A stretch of DNA of 45,976 nucleotides, from NCBI GenBank assembly GCA_029856365.1, contig JAHQWW010000022.1, positions 1 to 45,976 on the forward strand, read 5' to 3'. Positions within the stretch are counted from its first letter, which is position 1. The number at the start of each line of letters is the position of its first letter. Made by a program: the position numbers and the translations under genes. Below are positions 45,604 to 45,976 of this stretch, piece after piece. Source of the DNA: Candidatus Hodarchaeota archaeon (lineage in GTDB: Archaea; Asgardarchaeota; Heimdallarchaeia; Hodarchaeales; Hodarchaeaceae). Under the pieces are notes generated by a model. The model did no database searches. It was not told the origin of the DNA and saw only the letters and a list, made by a program, of their open reading frames with translations.

Positions 45604-45851
45604 ATATCGTTATACTCCCTGTTCTATGGAGATATGTGTACGTTCCGTTCTTTAAACATTCATAAGGTTATGGAACAATTTCTTCCGTAGATTTAACTAT
45701 TTCTTTAAGATATATCCGTTTTATCCGCAATAAACCGAACAAATGAGGTTTTACTAGGCTTAAAATGAACAATATGAGTGTTGATTAAAACATTAAACTG
45801 CCCTCTTTTTTTCATCAACCTTAATATGACTTATTTACTTAGCATTATCAC

Positions 45852-45976
45852 GAGGAGTACAAGGAATTAGATGGCAAAAGTAGAGTAAGATTTATAAACT
45901 AGGTGATTTTCTTAAATTGCAGTGAGCTCAAACAAGAACTCACAACTGTTATCTAGGAGAAAAGGTGTATAAAAAA
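45852..45976 (+). promoter_or_regulatory. Promoter and 5'UTR cassette, copy 2 (for a gene starting just beyond the window)
   Basis: GAGGAGTACAAGGAA (45852-45866), GTAAGATTTATAAA (45885-45898), GTGAG-N12-CTCAC (45922-45943), TTATCT, and GAGAAAAGGTG (45957-45967) followed by 9 nt to the window end. Confidence 0.75.

Noticed and set aside
1-45976. tRNA/rRNA genes, CRISPR arrays, transposases or integrases
   Set aside because: No cloverleaf or GC-rich RNA segments, regularly spaced repeats or mobile-element motifs were seen by eye. A tRNAscan-SE/Infernal run would be needed to exclude small RNAs.

Overview
AT-rich, densely coding archaeal chromosomal window. It is most likely from an Asgard archaeon, possibly Heimdallarchaeia/Hodarchaeales. 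That is an inference from two Rab-like small GTPases without prenylation tails, an HMf-type histone, a TFS/RpoM paralogue, a V4R/TRAPP-like protein and archaeal TATA/SD signals. The left end holds the tail of a Bzd-type benzoyl-CoA reductase cluster (partial bzdP-like gene, bzdQ, ferredoxin, BzdV-like oxidoreductase). The rest is mixed metabolism: pyruvate kinase, a 2-hydroxyacyl-CoA dehydratase with its activase, an ADP-forming acyl-CoA ligase, a pncA/pncB divergon, GGT, an S9 peptidase, dPGM and a MoxR-DUF58 operon. The most notable observations are: (1) a strongly diverged RtcB-fold protein keeping most metal and guanylylation ligands, (2) a protein with about 11 repeats resembling proteasome Rpn1/Rpn2 PC repeats, (3) a ~125-bp promoter/5'UTR cassette duplicated on both sides of the histone gene, predicting a second co-regulated gene starting just past the window end, (4) a PolD DP1-N-like domain fused to a winged helix, (5) a tandem V4R/TRAPP-like protein next to an atypical Rab-like GTPase, and (6) a bactofilin-like gene divergent from an ArsR regulator, both carrying a SHOCT-like motif. 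No tRNA, rRNA, CRISPR array or mobile element was seen. All family calls come from reading motifs by eye; no database search was run.
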